Assembly (NCBI GenBank): GCA_963776125.1
Contig: CAVZMC010000003.1
Coordinates: 540-64,539, forward strand
Origin: an uncultured Acidobacteriaceae bacterium
GTDB lineage: Bacteria > Acidobacteriota > Terriglobia > Terriglobales > Acidobacteriaceae
Length of the DNA stretch: 64,000 nucleotides
Direction: 5' to 3'
How positions within the stretch are numbered: the first letter of the stretch is position 1; each line of letters opens with the position of its first letter. The notes beneath the pieces were generated by a model. It saw only the letters and a program-made list of their open reading frames with translations, was not told the DNA's origin and ran no database searches. The translations under genes and the position numbers were made by a program. Of the stretch, positions 17,592 to 27,524 are shown piece by piece.

Positions 17592-17846
17592 AAGTCACCT
17601 CACTCCAAAGAATGACTCTATTGTCCTCCAAGTGATGGGTGGAAGGAAAGAGGTGTCGCGGCGGATAGCCAGATCGGCCAGCATGCGCAGCAAACCGAGG
17701 TCATGGCGGGTGGCTTTTGCCTCCCAAAACCGCACTCTTCCTCAATTGACATTGGCTTGTTGTTTCTCCGGCCCTGCTTGTCCGCGGCGGCCAATGCTTG
17801 CCTTACGGGTCTCCGATGTAGGAAATAGCCGGAGTCCCCAAAAGAT

Positions 17847-19829
17847 ATGGGAAAGAGCCAGCATTCGGAAGCCGTTGCCGAGCAGATGCAACTATTGCTG
17901 GTGGGCAGCGAGGAACGGGATCTTGTCGATTTGCGCGATTTGTTGGCCCAAGTGGATAGCGGTCATGTCGGTTTGGACCACGCCCGCTCCCACGAAGAAG
18001 CGCTATCCCTGATGGAAACAACGGCTTACGCCGTGGCGTTATGCGACTACAAGTCGGGCGATGGCATGGCGCTGGGCTTGCTGCGCAAGGTTCGCGCGCG
18101 GGGCATGGCCGTTCCCTTAATCTTCCTTAGCGATCATGTGGACGAAGCAGCGGTTTCGGCGGCGATTCAGGCGGGGCTGCTGGCGGGCGGGCGCCCCGCC
18201 GGCGCCGGAGATCCCGCCATGGCATTCGCGCTTTGCGACGCGATCGGCAAGTATTGCAAGGAGCGAGAGCATCAAGAAGCCGAAGAAATGCTGCGCAAAT
18301 TGTCGCGAGCCGTGGAACAGACCGCCGACCTGGTGGTCATTGCCGATCGCAACGGGACCATGGAATATGTGAACCCGGCTTTCGAGGCGCTCACCGGCTA
18401 CGCGCGTGGAGAGGCCGTCGGGCGGACCCTCCGCATGCTCAAATCCCCACAGCAAGCAGCCGGAGTGTACCGCGACATGTGGCGAACCATGGCGTCGGGA
18501 AGAGAGTTTCGCGGAACGGTGCTCAATCGCAAGAAAGATGGAAACACGTTTCTTGCGGAGAGGACCATCACGCCGTTGCGCGACCCGGAGCAGCGGATTA
18601 CCCACTTCATTTGTACCGACCAGGACATCACCGAACGCCATCGGCTGGAATCGCAGTTGCGGCAGGCGCAAAAAATGGACGCCATCGGCGCCCTGGCGGG
18701 CGGCGTGGCGCACGACTTCAACAATCTGCTCATGGTCATCAGCGCCTACGCCGAATTGATGCAGGACGCCTTGGCGGCCGAGCATCCACTGCGGCGCAAC
18801 GTGAGCGAAATCATGATGGCCGCCGGCCGCGCCGCCGATCTGACTCGTCAATTATTGGCCTTCGGCCGCAAGCAGATGCAAGTTCTGCGGGTGCTCGATT
18901 TGAATACGGTTATCCACGACATCAGCCGCATGCTGCCCCGCTTGATTGGGGAAGACATTCAACTGGTGATCCTGCCGGGAGACGGTCTTGGCAAGGTGGA
19001 GGCCGATCCGAGTCAGGTCGAACAGGTGCTCATGAACCTGGCGGCCAATGCCCGCGATGCCATGCCGCGCGGCGGCCGGCTCACCATCGAAACCGCAAAC
19101 GCGCATCTTGATGAAGCCTATGTGCGCAGCCACTCTATGGTTCCGGCGGGAGACTATGTGCAGCTGACCGTCACCGATATCGGGGAAGGAATCGCTCCGC
19201 AAAACCTGGCGCACATCTTCGAACCGTTTTTCACCACGAAAGAGGATGGCAAGGGAACCGGGCTGGGCCTGGCAACCGTGTACGGCATTGTGAAGCAGAA
19301 CCACGGCTTTGTCTGGGTATACAGCGAACCGGGTATGGGAACGGCATTCAAGATCTATCTGCCGAGGGTGCGGCAGGGGGTCCGCAAGCTTGCCCCGCCT
19401 GCGCCCGTGGAAAAACCGTTGCGGGGATGCGAAACCCTCCTCCTGGTTGAGGACGAAGCTGCGGTCAGAGAGTCGGAAGATGAATTCCTGAAACTGAGCG
19501 GTTACACAGTGCTTCAAGCGGAGAATGGCGAAAGCGCTCTGCGGGTCGCCCGCGACCATGCCGGCCCCATTCACCTGACGATTACCGACGTGGTCATGCC
19601 GCGCATGGGAGGGCCGCAACTCGCGGAACAACTGCTCGTGGAGAGGCCTCTCATGAAAGTGTTATTTGTTTCCGGATACGCGGAGAACACGGTTCTGCGC
19701 CACGGCACGATTGATATGGCCTCCCGCTTCCTGCAAAAGCCCTTCACCCTGAAGTCGCTGGCCCGCAAAGTATGGGAACTGTTGCGCACCGAAGAGATCA
19801 CTGCACGGGCAGCAGCCGCTTCCGGTTAA
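17847..19829 (+). CDS. hybrid sensor histidine kinase / response regulator (REC-PAS-HisKA-HATPase-REC)
   Basis: H-box VAHDFNNLL, N box NLAANARDAM, G boxes DIGEGI and GTGLGLA, PAS (NPAFEALTGYARGEAVGRTL), C-terminal receiver LLVEDE...TDVVMP. Confidence 0.9.
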   Translation: MGKSQHSEAVAEQMQLLLVGSEERDLVDLRDLLAQVDSGHVGLDHARSHEEALSLMETTAYAVALCDYKSGDGMALGLLRKVRARGMAVPLIFLSDHVDEAAVSAAIQAGLLAGGRPAGAGDPAMAFALCDAIGKYCKEREHQEAEEMLRKLSRAVEQTADLVVIADRNGTMEYVNPAFEALTGYARGEAVGRTLRMLKSPQQAAGVYRDMWRTMASGREFRGTVLNRKKDGNTFLAERTITPLRDPEQRITHFICTDQDITERHRLESQLRQAQKMDAIGALAGGVAHDFNNLLMVISAYAELMQDALAAEHPLRRNVSEIMMAAGRAADLTRQLLAFGRKQMQVLRVLDLNTVIHDISRMLPRLIGEDIQLVILPGDGLGKVEADPSQVEQVLMNLAANARDAMPRGGRLTIETANAHLDEAYVRSHSMVPAGDYVQLTVTDIGEGIAPQNLAHIFEPFFTTKEDGKGTGLGLATVYGIVKQNHGFVWVYSEPGMGTAFKIYLPRVRQGVRKLAPPAPVEKPLRGCETLLLVEDEAAVRESEDEFLKLSGYTVLQAENGESALRVARDHAGPIHLTITDVVMPRMGGPQLAEQLLVERPLMKVLFVSGYAENTVLRHGTIDMASRFLQKPFTLKSLARKVWELLRTEEITARAAAASG

Positions 19830-19890
19830 GTCGCCACTCCGGCGGGTCCCCTATAATGGCATCTCGGAAATTGGGAGCTGGGCGACTCAC

Positions 19891-21018
19891 GTGTCCGCAA
19901 TCGCTTTCGTATTAGCAGCCCTTCTTATCGGCGCTCTGATGTACTCGCTGCTGTCGATCATCGCGGCGTTGCGATATCTGTCGGTCCGTCCGCCTGCGAT
20001 GGCATCCCCGGAGCCGGTAAGCATTCTGAAGCCGCTCTCCGGCCTCGACCTGGGACTGGAAGCAAATCTGCGGACCTTTTTTGAACAGGACTATCCGGCA
20101 TTTGAAATTCTATTTGCGGTTCGAGAAGCGGGCGATCCGGCCGTCGCGGTTGTGGAGAAGCTCCAGAGTGAGTACGCTCGCATTCCGTCACGCCTGTTTG
20201 TGGCTGGTGAATCGCCCTATCCCAATGCGAAAGCGTACAGCCTTAACCTGATGCTGGCCGCCGCCGCGAACGACTTGGTGGTGATGAGCGACAGCGACAC
20301 GCGGGTCACCTCCACTTTGTTGTCCACCGTGACCTCCGAATTTCAGGATGTGGGCTTGGGCATCGCAACGTGCCCATATCGCGCCGTGGCCGGCAAGAGT
20401 TTTTGGTCGCGCCTGGAGGCTACGGGGATGAACACCGACTTCATCGCTGGAATGCTGGTGGCTCGCATGCTGGAGGGAATGCGCTTCGCGGTCGGTCCTA
20501 CCATCGTGGCGCGACGCGACGTTTTGCGAGCGATAGGAGGCTTTGAAAGGCTAAAGGACTATTTGGCGGAAGATTTTGTCATGGGCAAGTTTGCCGCCGA
20601 GGCCGGCCACGGCGTGATTCTTTCCGCCTACGTGATCGAACACCACATCGGCAGCGCCGATTGGCAGCACAATGCCGCGCATCGCCTGCGCTGGGCGCGC
20701 AGCACAAGGCGTTCGCGTCCGTGGGGCTACCTGGGACAATTGTTTACCATGCCTCTGCCCCTGGCGCTGCTGGCTTGCGCCGTTAGGCCGGCTTGGTGGC
20801 CGGTGCTGCTTTTGACGCTGCTGGTGCGAGTCATCGCCGCCTACGTTGTTTCCGCGCGCGTGTTGCGGGCGAAAATCAACTGGCTGCTGTTGCCGATCGA
20901 GGACGTCACCAATTTCTGTTTTTGGATTGCCGGATTCTTCGGGAATACCATCACCTGGCGAGGGCGGCGCTATCGGCTTTATCCGGATGGGCGTTTCGAG
21001 CTAGTCGCGGCGGAATAG
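19891..21018 (+). CDS. GT21-family membrane glycosyltransferase (HpnI / ceramide glucosyltransferase-like), paralog 1
   Basis: N-terminal TM, then PVSILKPLSGLDLGLEANLRTFFEQDYPAFEILFAVREAGDPA, DSD motif (VMSDSDTRV), RLRWARS. GTG start. Confidence 0.8.
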   Translation: MSAIAFVLAALLIGALMYSLLSIIAALRYLSVRPPAMASPEPVSILKPLSGLDLGLEANLRTFFEQDYPAFEILFAVREAGDPAVAVVEKLQSEYARIPSRLFVAGESPYPNAKAYSLNLMLAAAANDLVVMSDSDTRVTSTLLSTVTSEFQDVGLGIATCPYRAVAGKSFWSRLEATGMNTDFIAGMLVARMLEGMRFAVGPTIVARRDVLRAIGGFERLKDYLAEDFVMGKFAAEAGHGVILSAYVIEHHIGSADWQHNAAHRLRWARSTRRSRPWGYLGQLFTMPLPLALLACAVRPAWWPVLLLTLLVRVIAAYVVSARVLRAKINWLLLPIEDVTNFCFWIAGFFGNTITWRGRRYRLYPDGRFELVAAE

Positions 21019-21062
21019 GCCATGTGGAGCGGACAGGAGTGTCCGCTCTACACACGCCGGCG

Positions 21063-22349
21063 CTACGGTCTGGAGCCGGTCCCCACCAGCTTTCCTTCTT
21101 TCAACCTGAAAGACTCCCCACGCCACGTCACTCTATTTCCCACGAGGGCGCCCAGCCAGACGAAGAGCGCGACGATGTCCCGCAGTGGGATTAGGCCGAG
21201 TCGCGCTAATATGCCCCGGTCGCGGAGAGCCACATGGCCGACAAACAAGGCCGTCGCGAGACGTAACGCGCATGCCGCGGCGAACAATGCCCAGACCCAG
21301 ACAGACTTGTGGGCGCAGGCGAGAGCCAGCATCGCCCAGGGGATACCGTAGGTCAGCACCAGTCCGGCATAGCCTGCTGGACGCGAAGTCCGCACGGTGC
21401 GCGCCCAGCGCAACTGGTGCGCGATAAATCCTCGCAAGCTATAGCAAGGCAGGAATGTCTCCACGACAACTTCGGACAACTCGACTTTCAGACCTTTGGC
21501 GGCGAGGCGGCGCCCGAGCTCGTAGTCATCGGCCAGGTAGTCCGCCAGCGCTTCGAATCCGCCGAGGGCTTGCAGATCGCGCCGGCGGAAAGCGAGGGTG
21601 GAACCAAGGCCGAAGCGAATTCCATGCTCGAGCAGCCGCGCGGCGAGTACGCCGGCGCAAAAATCGGTACTGATACCGAGCGACTCCAAAGTCGACCCCA
21701 GGCTGGGAGCGGGCACGCCGCGATAGAGGCAGGTCACGAGCCCAATGGTTGGATCGGCGAGAGGAGCCAGTATCCGTGACAAGTAATCCGGTTCCACTTG
21801 AATGTCGCTGTCATTCACGATGAGATAGTCGTAGCGAGCTTCGGGCAGCATCTGCGCCAGGTTGCTCACTTTCGTATTGGCGCCCAGTCGTTTCTCGCAA
21901 ACCAGCAAGCGGATGAAAAGGTTCGGGAACTCGGTCTTCAAACGCTCCACGAATTCGATCGCCGGATCAGCAGGATCGCTCACGCCGAAGATAATTTCGT
22001 ACTCGGCGTAGTCCTGCACGCAATGACTGCGCAGACCTTCATACAATCCAGGATCGGCGCCGCGAAGCGGCTTCAGGATGGAAACTGGCTGTGTGGGGCG
22101 GGCGCCCCCGCCCGCCACTCTTTGCTCCCGCAGGAAGGCAAACGCGCCGCAAAGGCAAAGAACGTAGTAGGCCAAGCTCGCCAGCGTCCCGGCTATTGCA
22201 ATGGTTTCGAGAATCTTGGCAGCGTCGTGAATCACGGAGGCAACAAAGCTTATCAAACCCGACGCCAGAGAACTCCAAGTAAGGGACCCGTCGCAGAAAT
22301 CGGCACAGGTCGCACTGGCTTTTCGCGGGCGAGGGCTCCCGCGCCACAC
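21063..22349 (-). CDS. GT21-family membrane glycosyltransferase (HpnI-like), paralog 2
   Basis: PVSILKPLRGADPGLYEGLRSHCVQDYAEYEIIFGVSDPADPA, NDSDIQV, QLRWARTVR. Start uncertain (GTG 22349 or GTG 22235). Lies 9 nt downstream of the permease gene on the same strand. Confidence 0.8.
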   Translation of the reverse strand: MWRGSPRPRKASATCADFCDGSLTWSSLASGLISFVASVIHDAAKILETIAIAGTLASLAYYVLCLCGAFAFLREQRVAGGGARPTQPVSILKPLRGADPGLYEGLRSHCVQDYAEYEIIFGVSDPADPAIEFVERLKTEFPNLFIRLLVCEKRLGANTKVSNLAQMLPEARYDYLIVNDSDIQVEPDYLSRILAPLADPTIGLVTCLYRGVPAPSLGSTLESLGISTDFCAGVLAARLLEHGIRFGLGSTLAFRRRDLQALGGFEALADYLADDYELGRRLAAKGLKVELSEVVVETFLPCYSLRGFIAHQLRWARTVRTSRPAGYAGLVLTYGIPWAMLALACAHKSVWVWALFAAACALRLATALFVGHVALRDRGILARLGLIPLRDIVALFVWLGALVGNRVTWRGESFRLKEGKLVGTGSRP

Positions 22350-22358
22350 TACCCTGCG

Positions 22359-23618
22359 CTACTCGTAGCGCAGGGACTCAATGGGGTCCAAATTAGCAGC
22401 TTTCCAGGCGGGATAGATGCCGAACAGCAGGCCTTCGGCGGCGGCGGAGCCGAGACCGAAGGCGGCCCAGAAGAATGACATGCTGGCCGGCAGGGAACTC
22501 CAAATCGCAGGAATGGTCCAAGTAATTGCGGCGCCAAATGCCAAACCGATGGCGCCACCGATGGCGGTCAGGGTAACCGCCTCTAAGGTGAACTGCGCCA
22601 GAATATCGAAGCGGCGGGCTCCAATGGCTTTGCGCACTCCAATCTCGCGGGTGCGCTCGGTGACCGATACCAGCATGATGTTCATCACGCCCACGCCGCC
22701 TACCAGCAAGGCGACGCTCGACACCGCGAACATGAAAATGAAAATCATGCCGGAAAGCTGCTTCCATAGATCGGACATGGAGTCCTGGGTGAAAACCTCG
22801 AAGCCGTCCGGCTTGTCCGGCGGCACTCTTCGGGACCTGCGCAGGGCCGCGCGGATCTCATCCATCGCTTTCGGCATGTCCTCCTGCGACGTGGCCTTGG
22901 CGGTCATCCAAAAATCTTTAAGCTCGGGATGCAGCTTACGGAAAGTGCTGTAGGGAAAGAAAATCAGGTTGTCTTCGGCATTCTTGCCGTTGGAAAACGC
23001 GCTCTTGCGCTGCTCCGCCACTCCAATCACGGTGAACAGCTCGCCTTCGATATTGATCTCTTTGCCGAGCGCGTCGCCTTGCGGGAATAGTTCGGCCGCC
23101 GTATCCGACCCAAGAATAATGACGGGAGAATGGTGATCCTCGTCGGTCTGAGTGAACCAACGGCCGGAAGCGACGCCTAGATCGTAAACGTCCTTCCAGG
23201 TATAGACATCGCCCTCTAGGATCGTGTTCTTCACCCGGCGACTGCCGTACTTCACGGTGTAGGTGCCCGCGCCAAAATTCGGATCGGTGTAGCGCAGTCC
23301 GGTGGTGATGGCTTTCACGTGCGGCAACCCTTGGCAGGCGAGGTAATCTTCGTAGGTCAGCCGCTTGCGCTTCCGCATCTCTTCCGTTGGGCGAGTCAAG
23401 CTGAAGGGCTGGATGTGAAAGACAAAAACCAGATTCGATCCCAGGCTGCTGATCGAGTCCATCACCTGAGCGTTCAAGCCGTTAACCACCGAGGATACGG
23501 CAATGACCACCGCAACCCCGATCACGATTCCGAGCACGGTGAGACCGGACCGCAGCTTGTTGCTGCGGATGGTGTCGAGGGCCATCTGCACGATCTCGCC
23601 GTAGTCGCTCTTACGCAT
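22359..23618 (-). CDS. MacB-type ABC transporter permease (MacB_PCD + FtsX)
   Basis: 419 aa. N-terminal TM, large periplasmic domain, C-terminal FtsX TMs with [15 protein letters not shown] motif. Confidence 0.9.
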   Translation of the reverse strand: MRKSDYGEIVQMALDTIRSNKLRSGLTVLGIVIGVAVVIAVSSVVNGLNAQVMDSISSLGSNLVFVFHIQPFSLTRPTEEMRKRKRLTYEDYLACQGLPHVKAITTGLRYTDPNFGAGTYTVKYGSRRVKNTILEGDVYTWKDVYDLGVASGRWFTQTDEDHHSPVIILGSDTAAELFPQGDALGKEINIEGELFTVIGVAEQRKSAFSNGKNAEDNLIFFPYSTFRKLHPELKDFWMTAKATSQEDMPKAMDEIRAALRRSRRVPPDKPDGFEVFTQDSMSDLWKQLSGMIFIFMFAVSSVALLVGGVGVMNIMLVSVTERTREIGVRKAIGARRFDILAQFTLEAVTLTAIGGAIGLAFGAAITWTIPAIWSSLPASMSFFWAAFGLGSAAAEGLLFGIYPAWKAANLDPIESLRYE

Positions 23619-23647
23619 GGGAAGTCACAACTTAATTGAGCAATTTA

Positions 23648-23751
23648 GTAATCGGGTAATTTGGTAATTGAAAAACGAACGCATCCGAGAGCTTTTGAAG
23701 GTTCATCGGCGCGCAATTTGACGATTTTCAATTACAAAATTACCCGATTAC
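23648..23751. repeat. AT-rich perfect-like inverted repeat, 27-bp arms with a 50-nt spacer
   Basis: Left arm GTAATCGGGTAATTTGGTAATTGAAAA (23648-23674). Right arm TTTTCAATTACAAAATTACCCGATTAC (23725-23751). 26/27 complementary. Internal GGTAATT direct repeats. Confidence 0.7.
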
Positions 23752-23767
23752 CAAATTACCAATCTTC

Positions 23768-24997
23768 CTACATTTCAAACCGCAAAGCCGTGATGGGGTC
23801 CATGCGCGCGGCCCGGCGGGCGGGGTACACGCCAAAGAATATGCCCACGCTGGTGGAGACGACCAAAGCCGCGAGCACCGCCCACAGCTTGATTGCCGAA
23901 GGCATGCCGATAACCGCCGTCACCACCTCCGCGATCAGGATTCCACCCAACACGCCGATGACTCCGCCGACCAAGGCGATGGTGGCGGATTCAATCAAGA
24001 ATTGGAGGAGCACGTCCTTAGAGCGCGCGCCCATGGCTTTGCGGACGCCAATTTCGCGGGTGCGCTCCGTAACCGAAACCAGCATGATGTTCATAATCAC
24101 GATCCCGCCCACTACCAGCGAAACCGCAGCAATCGCAATGGTGGCGATGAAGAAGGTCCCCGTGAGGTTCGCCCAAATGCCCAGCAGGCTGGCGTTGGTT
24201 TCCACTTCAAAGCTGTCGGGCTTGCCCGGCATGTCGTGGCGCAGGCCGCGCAAGATCACGCGGGCCTCGTCCATGGCGGTCTCCAACTGATTGCCGGTGC
24301 CGTTAGCCTTCCCGAAAAGGGTGATGCTGGTATGAACCCCGTACTGCTTCAGGTACGCCCCGATAGGCAGCAGAACATAGTTGTCACGGCTCTGGCCGAG
24401 AGTGGTGCCCTGCTTCTTGCCCACGCCCACCACTTGGTACGACTCGCCGTCCACGCGGATTTCTTTCCCGATGGGATCGAGGCCAGGGAACAGATTGTCC
24501 ACCACGTCGGTGCCGATCACGGTCACGTGGGAACGGGTATCTTCGTCGGTTTGGTTGAGCATGCGTCCGGTCGCCAAATCGACGTTCAAAATAGGCGCCA
24601 TGGAGGGCGTGATCCCCCGGACGTTGACACCGGTCATTGACTGGAGCACATATCTGACGCTGCCGGTTCCATTACCCTCAATCGCACCCAGCGATGAACA
24701 TTGCCGGCACCCTTCGAGGATAGCGCGGTAGTCCTCCATGGTTAAGTCTTTGCGCTTCAGACCTTCCATGTATTGGTCGAAGTTGGTGATGACCGGCGCC
24801 ATCTTGCTGACGATGAAGACATCCGCTCCGAGATTGAAGACTTTCTCCGCCATGTAACCGTTGATGCCGTTGACGAACGTCACAACGGCAATGACGGACG
24901 AGATTCCAATGACCACCCCGAGAAGCGTGAGCACCGAGCGCAGCTTGTTCGCCCACAGCGATTGCAACGCGAGACGGATGGCTTCGAGGGTGTTCAT
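23768..24997 (-). CDS. MacB-type ABC transporter permease (MacB_PCD + FtsX), paralog
   Basis: 409 aa, same architecture as 22359..23618, [15 protein letters not shown] motif. Confidence 0.9.
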   Translation of the reverse strand: MNTLEAIRLALQSLWANKLRSVLTLLGVVIGISSVIAVVTFVNGINGYMAEKVFNLGADVFIVSKMAPVITNFDQYMEGLKRKDLTMEDYRAILEGCRQCSSLGAIEGNGTGSVRYVLQSMTGVNVRGITPSMAPILNVDLATGRMLNQTDEDTRSHVTVIGTDVVDNLFPGLDPIGKEIRVDGESYQVVGVGKKQGTTLGQSRDNYVLLPIGAYLKQYGVHTSITLFGKANGTGNQLETAMDEARVILRGLRHDMPGKPDSFEVETNASLLGIWANLTGTFFIATIAIAAVSLVVGGIVIMNIMLVSVTERTREIGVRKAMGARSKDVLLQFLIESATIALVGGVIGVLGGILIAEVVTAVIGMPSAIKLWAVLAALVVSTSVGIFFGVYPARRAARMDPITALRFEM

Positions 24998-25147
24998 GGA
25001 AGGGTTGTCAGTTCTTCAGTCGTCAAGCTTCCAGTCTTTGGTACGTCAATTCAAGTAACTTTGTTCCAGTCTAGCAGAGGCCGGACCGGATCATTTCCTC
25101 CGGTTTCTAGTCTTGCGCCCGTCCTGGCAGCCTGAGAGAATTGCCGA

Positions 25148-25375
25148 ATGAAAGGCTTGGGAAATGCGTTGCCCGATTCCGAACTGGCGATCCGCGTCGC
25201 AAAATTGTGGCCGCACAGAGAGCACGAGTCCAGCGGCGTGCTGGGGTTGATCTGCCGTATCGGTCTGCACCGCTGGCGCCGGTTAGACCTTGCAACGCTC
25301 ACACCGGACAAGGACATTCTCCATTGCTTCTGGTGCTCAAAGGTGAAGGTTGATGGAGTCGTTTACGACACTTAG
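25148..25375 (+). CDS. small hypothetical protein (CxxGxHxW-type)
   Basis: 75 aa containing ICRIGLHRWRRL and HCFWCSKV. Weak support only. Confidence 0.3.
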   Translation: MKGLGNALPDSELAIRVAKLWPHREHESSGVLGLICRIGLHRWRRLDLATLTPDKDILHCFWCSKVKVDGVVYDT

Positions 25376-25441
25376 GCGTCAATCAACCAACCCGCTAGCA
25401 ACTCCTGACGACTGGAGACGGATGATCGAGGCCGCATCCCT

Positions 25442-25447
25442 TATAAT
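25442..25447 (+). promoter_or_regulatory. -10 box TATAAT for rnpB
   Basis: TATAAT lies 7-10 nt upstream of the first base of the predicted P1 helix. Confidence 0.4.
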
Positions 25448-25454
25448 GAACAGG

Positions 25455-25866
25455 TTGGCAGCCGGACCGGACGGTCGCTGGCGGCGCTTTCGGGCGCGGC
25501 TGGAGGAAAGTCCGAACTCCGCAGAGCAGTGTGCCGGATAACGTCCGGGAGGGCGAATTCAAGTTCGCTCGACGGAAAGTGCCACAGAGAATATACCGCC
25601 CGGGCGGCAACGCCGGGGTAAGGGTGAAAAGGTGCGGTAAGAGCGCACCGCCGCCGCAGTAATGCGGCGGGCAGGGCAAACCCCACACGGAGCAAGACCA
25701 AATAGGGAGGGAGCCTGGGACTTCGGTCCCGGAAACGTGCCGGCTCGGCGCGTCACAACCTCCGGGTAGGTCGCTTGAGCCCCGCAGCAATGCGTGGCCC
25801 AGAGGAATGACCGTCCTGCCGGAGCAATCCGGCAGACAGAATTCGGCTTACAGGTCCGGCTGCTAA
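25455..25866 (+). ncRNA. rnpB: RNase P RNA, bacterial type A
   Basis: P1 pairing GCAGCCGGACC (25458-25468) with GGTCCGGCTGC (25853-25863). Conserved GGAGGAAAGTCCG, AAGGGTGAAAAGGTGCGGTAAGAGCGCACC, ACAGAATTCGGCTTA. Confidence 0.93.
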
Positions 25867-25873
25867 TTACATC

Positions 25874-26047
25874 TTGTCATCCCGAGCGAAGCCGAGGATC
25901 CCTACTCCCGGCAGCGTGCCGTAGGTAGGGATGTGGTCCTTCGACAAGCTCAGGATTTCGGCTCGCGGCTCGAACGCCACGAAACCGCCTCAGCTTCGAC
26001 TGCGTAACCCTTCGCTTCGCGAAAAGTTACTACGCTCAGCATGACAA
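25874..26047. repeat. composite palindromic element of the GTCATYCYGAGCG family
   Basis: TTGTCATCCCGAGCGAAGCCGAGGATCC at the left end. The reverse complement of the right end is TTGTCATGCTGAGCGTAGTAAC. Inner hairpin ATCCCTAC/GTAGGGAT. Fills the gap between rnpB and the convergent SYLF gene. Confidence 0.5.
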
Positions 26048-26048
26048 T

Positions 26049-26753
26049 CTACCGCGCTTCCGCCAAGTGTGCCTGGTGCCCGGCTTCGGTAACAGCCTCA
26101 ATGAAGGCATCTGCGCTTCTGGGGGTCGATGCTCTGCCCGAAAGAATGTTGCGGAACCTCATGTGCGTGCCGTAAATCGCGCGCGTGGAATCGTTATCCT
26201 GCTCAACCACGGCGCCTTCCAAAGTCAGGCCGGCAAACACGCCTTTCGAGCGCGAGTAGGTAAGCATCTCCGTATCCATTCTCCAGTCCGTTCCGGCGGA
26301 GGCATGACGGCCGACTGGGCCTGCCGCAACGGATCCTTCACCGGTAAGTTCGAACTTGCTAGAGAGCAGATGCTGAAACCCGCGGTCGTTCATGACCAGC
26401 AGGACCAGATCTACGTCTTCAACGCCAATCTGCAGGCCCCAGCTTCCGCCGCCAATCGAGACAAACGCAGGCGCGCTCCAGCCCGTAGCCGTGCGGCAAG
26501 TGGCCACGCCACGTCCATGCTTGGCGCCAAAGACGAAGCCACCTTTAATCAAATCGGGCACCACCAGAATGCACTTTGCATTGCTCAAAACTTCTTCCGG
26601 AATGCCTTTGTCGGGAGTTGCCATGATGGCGTGCAGAACGTCCACAGAGGTGTGCAGGCGTGCGATCGTGTCCTCGCGGTCCGAGCCCGCCCACGCGTAC
26701 GTTCCGATCATGCCCACCATGCTCATCAACAGCACTGACATCGCCTTTTTCAT
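26049..26753 (-). CDS. SYLF (Ysc84/DUF500) lipid-binding domain protein, secreted
   Basis: 234 aa, signal peptide. Motifs ILVVPDLIKGGFVFGAKHGRGV, SIGGGSWGLQIG, LTYSRSKGVFAGLTLEG. Confidence 0.85.
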   Translation of the reverse strand: MKKAMSVLLMSMVGMIGTYAWAGSDREDTIARLHTSVDVLHAIMATPDKGIPEEVLSNAKCILVVPDLIKGGFVFGAKHGRGVATCRTATGWSAPAFVSIGGGSWGLQIGVEDVDLVLLVMNDRGFQHLLSSKFELTGEGSVAAGPVGRHASAGTDWRMDTEMLTYSRSKGVFAGLTLEGAVVEQDNDSTRAIYGTHMRFRNILSGRASTPRSADAFIEAVTEAGHQAHLAEAR

Positions 26754-27054
26754 GAGTTGTTCCTTTCGCAGCTGCAGAACTAAGGGGAGAGAGCTTCAGA
26801 TGGCTGACTTAGTTCAGAGGACCTGAAAGAGAGAGAAGGAGTGCTCGTCTCAAGCGTCATGATCGCCCGTGGGGAAAACAATAGCTGGTCTGAATTGCTC
26901 ACTTGCGCCTGGAAGAGTTTTCGTCGCGATGTGAGCAATCCTGCACAGAATCGGTGGCGGCGACGTGTCATCGTGCCTCTGGCGAACATCGTTGCTCCGA
27001 TTTCTCGCACCATCAGGCGCCCCGACGGGCCGCCTGGTGAGAGGACCCTAAGCC

Positions 27055-27279
27055 ATGGACTCAGCCTTGCAGCGGTTGCTGGCGCGCTTCCATACCGCGC
27101 GCGCTTTCATCAGTGACTCGCTGAGGAAGTTCTTTGGCATGAATCGCGCAGACTTCGCATCGCAAAGGATGTGTCCGTTTTGCGGGCTAATCACGCCGCG
27201 CTCGAAACGATTCTGCTTGGAGTGCGGAAAGCCGCTCAGAGGAGTTCAGCTTGAGCGGAAGAATGCGAGACAGGGATAA
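27055..27279 (+). CDS. small zinc-ribbon protein
   Basis: 74 aa with CPFCGLITPRSKRFCLECG. Its end overlaps the start region of the next small gene. Confidence 0.45.
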   Translation: MDSALQRLLARFHTARAFISDSLRKFFGMNRADFASQRMCPFCGLITPRSKRFCLECGKPLRGVQLERKNARQG

Positions 27280-27295
27280 GCAAAGGAGATTATTA

Positions 27296-27445
27296 ATGCT
27301 TTGGACGATTTTCATTGTGCTTCTGATTCTGTGGCTTCTGGGTTTCACCTTCCATGTGGCGGGCGGCTTGATTCATCTGCTGCTGGTCGTTGCGTTAGTG
27401 GTGTTGGTGTTTAACCTGCTGAGCGGCCGCCGCAGCGCGATCTAA
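27296..27445 (+). CDS. lmo0937-family small membrane protein (49 aa)
   Basis: MLWTIFIVLLILWLLGFTFHVAGGLIHLLLVVALVVLVFNLLSGRRSAI. AAGGAG-like RBS upstream. Start trimmed from the track's 27251. Confidence 0.7.
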   Translation: MLWTIFIVLLILWLLGFTFHVAGGLIHLLLVVALVVLVFNLLSGRRSAI

Positions 27446-27524
27446 TGCCGGCAGGAAGGGCAGACTGTTTTGCAGTGAGCAACGTGGCAACACACGCGTG
27501 TGGCCGCTATTGTCGTTGGAAATC

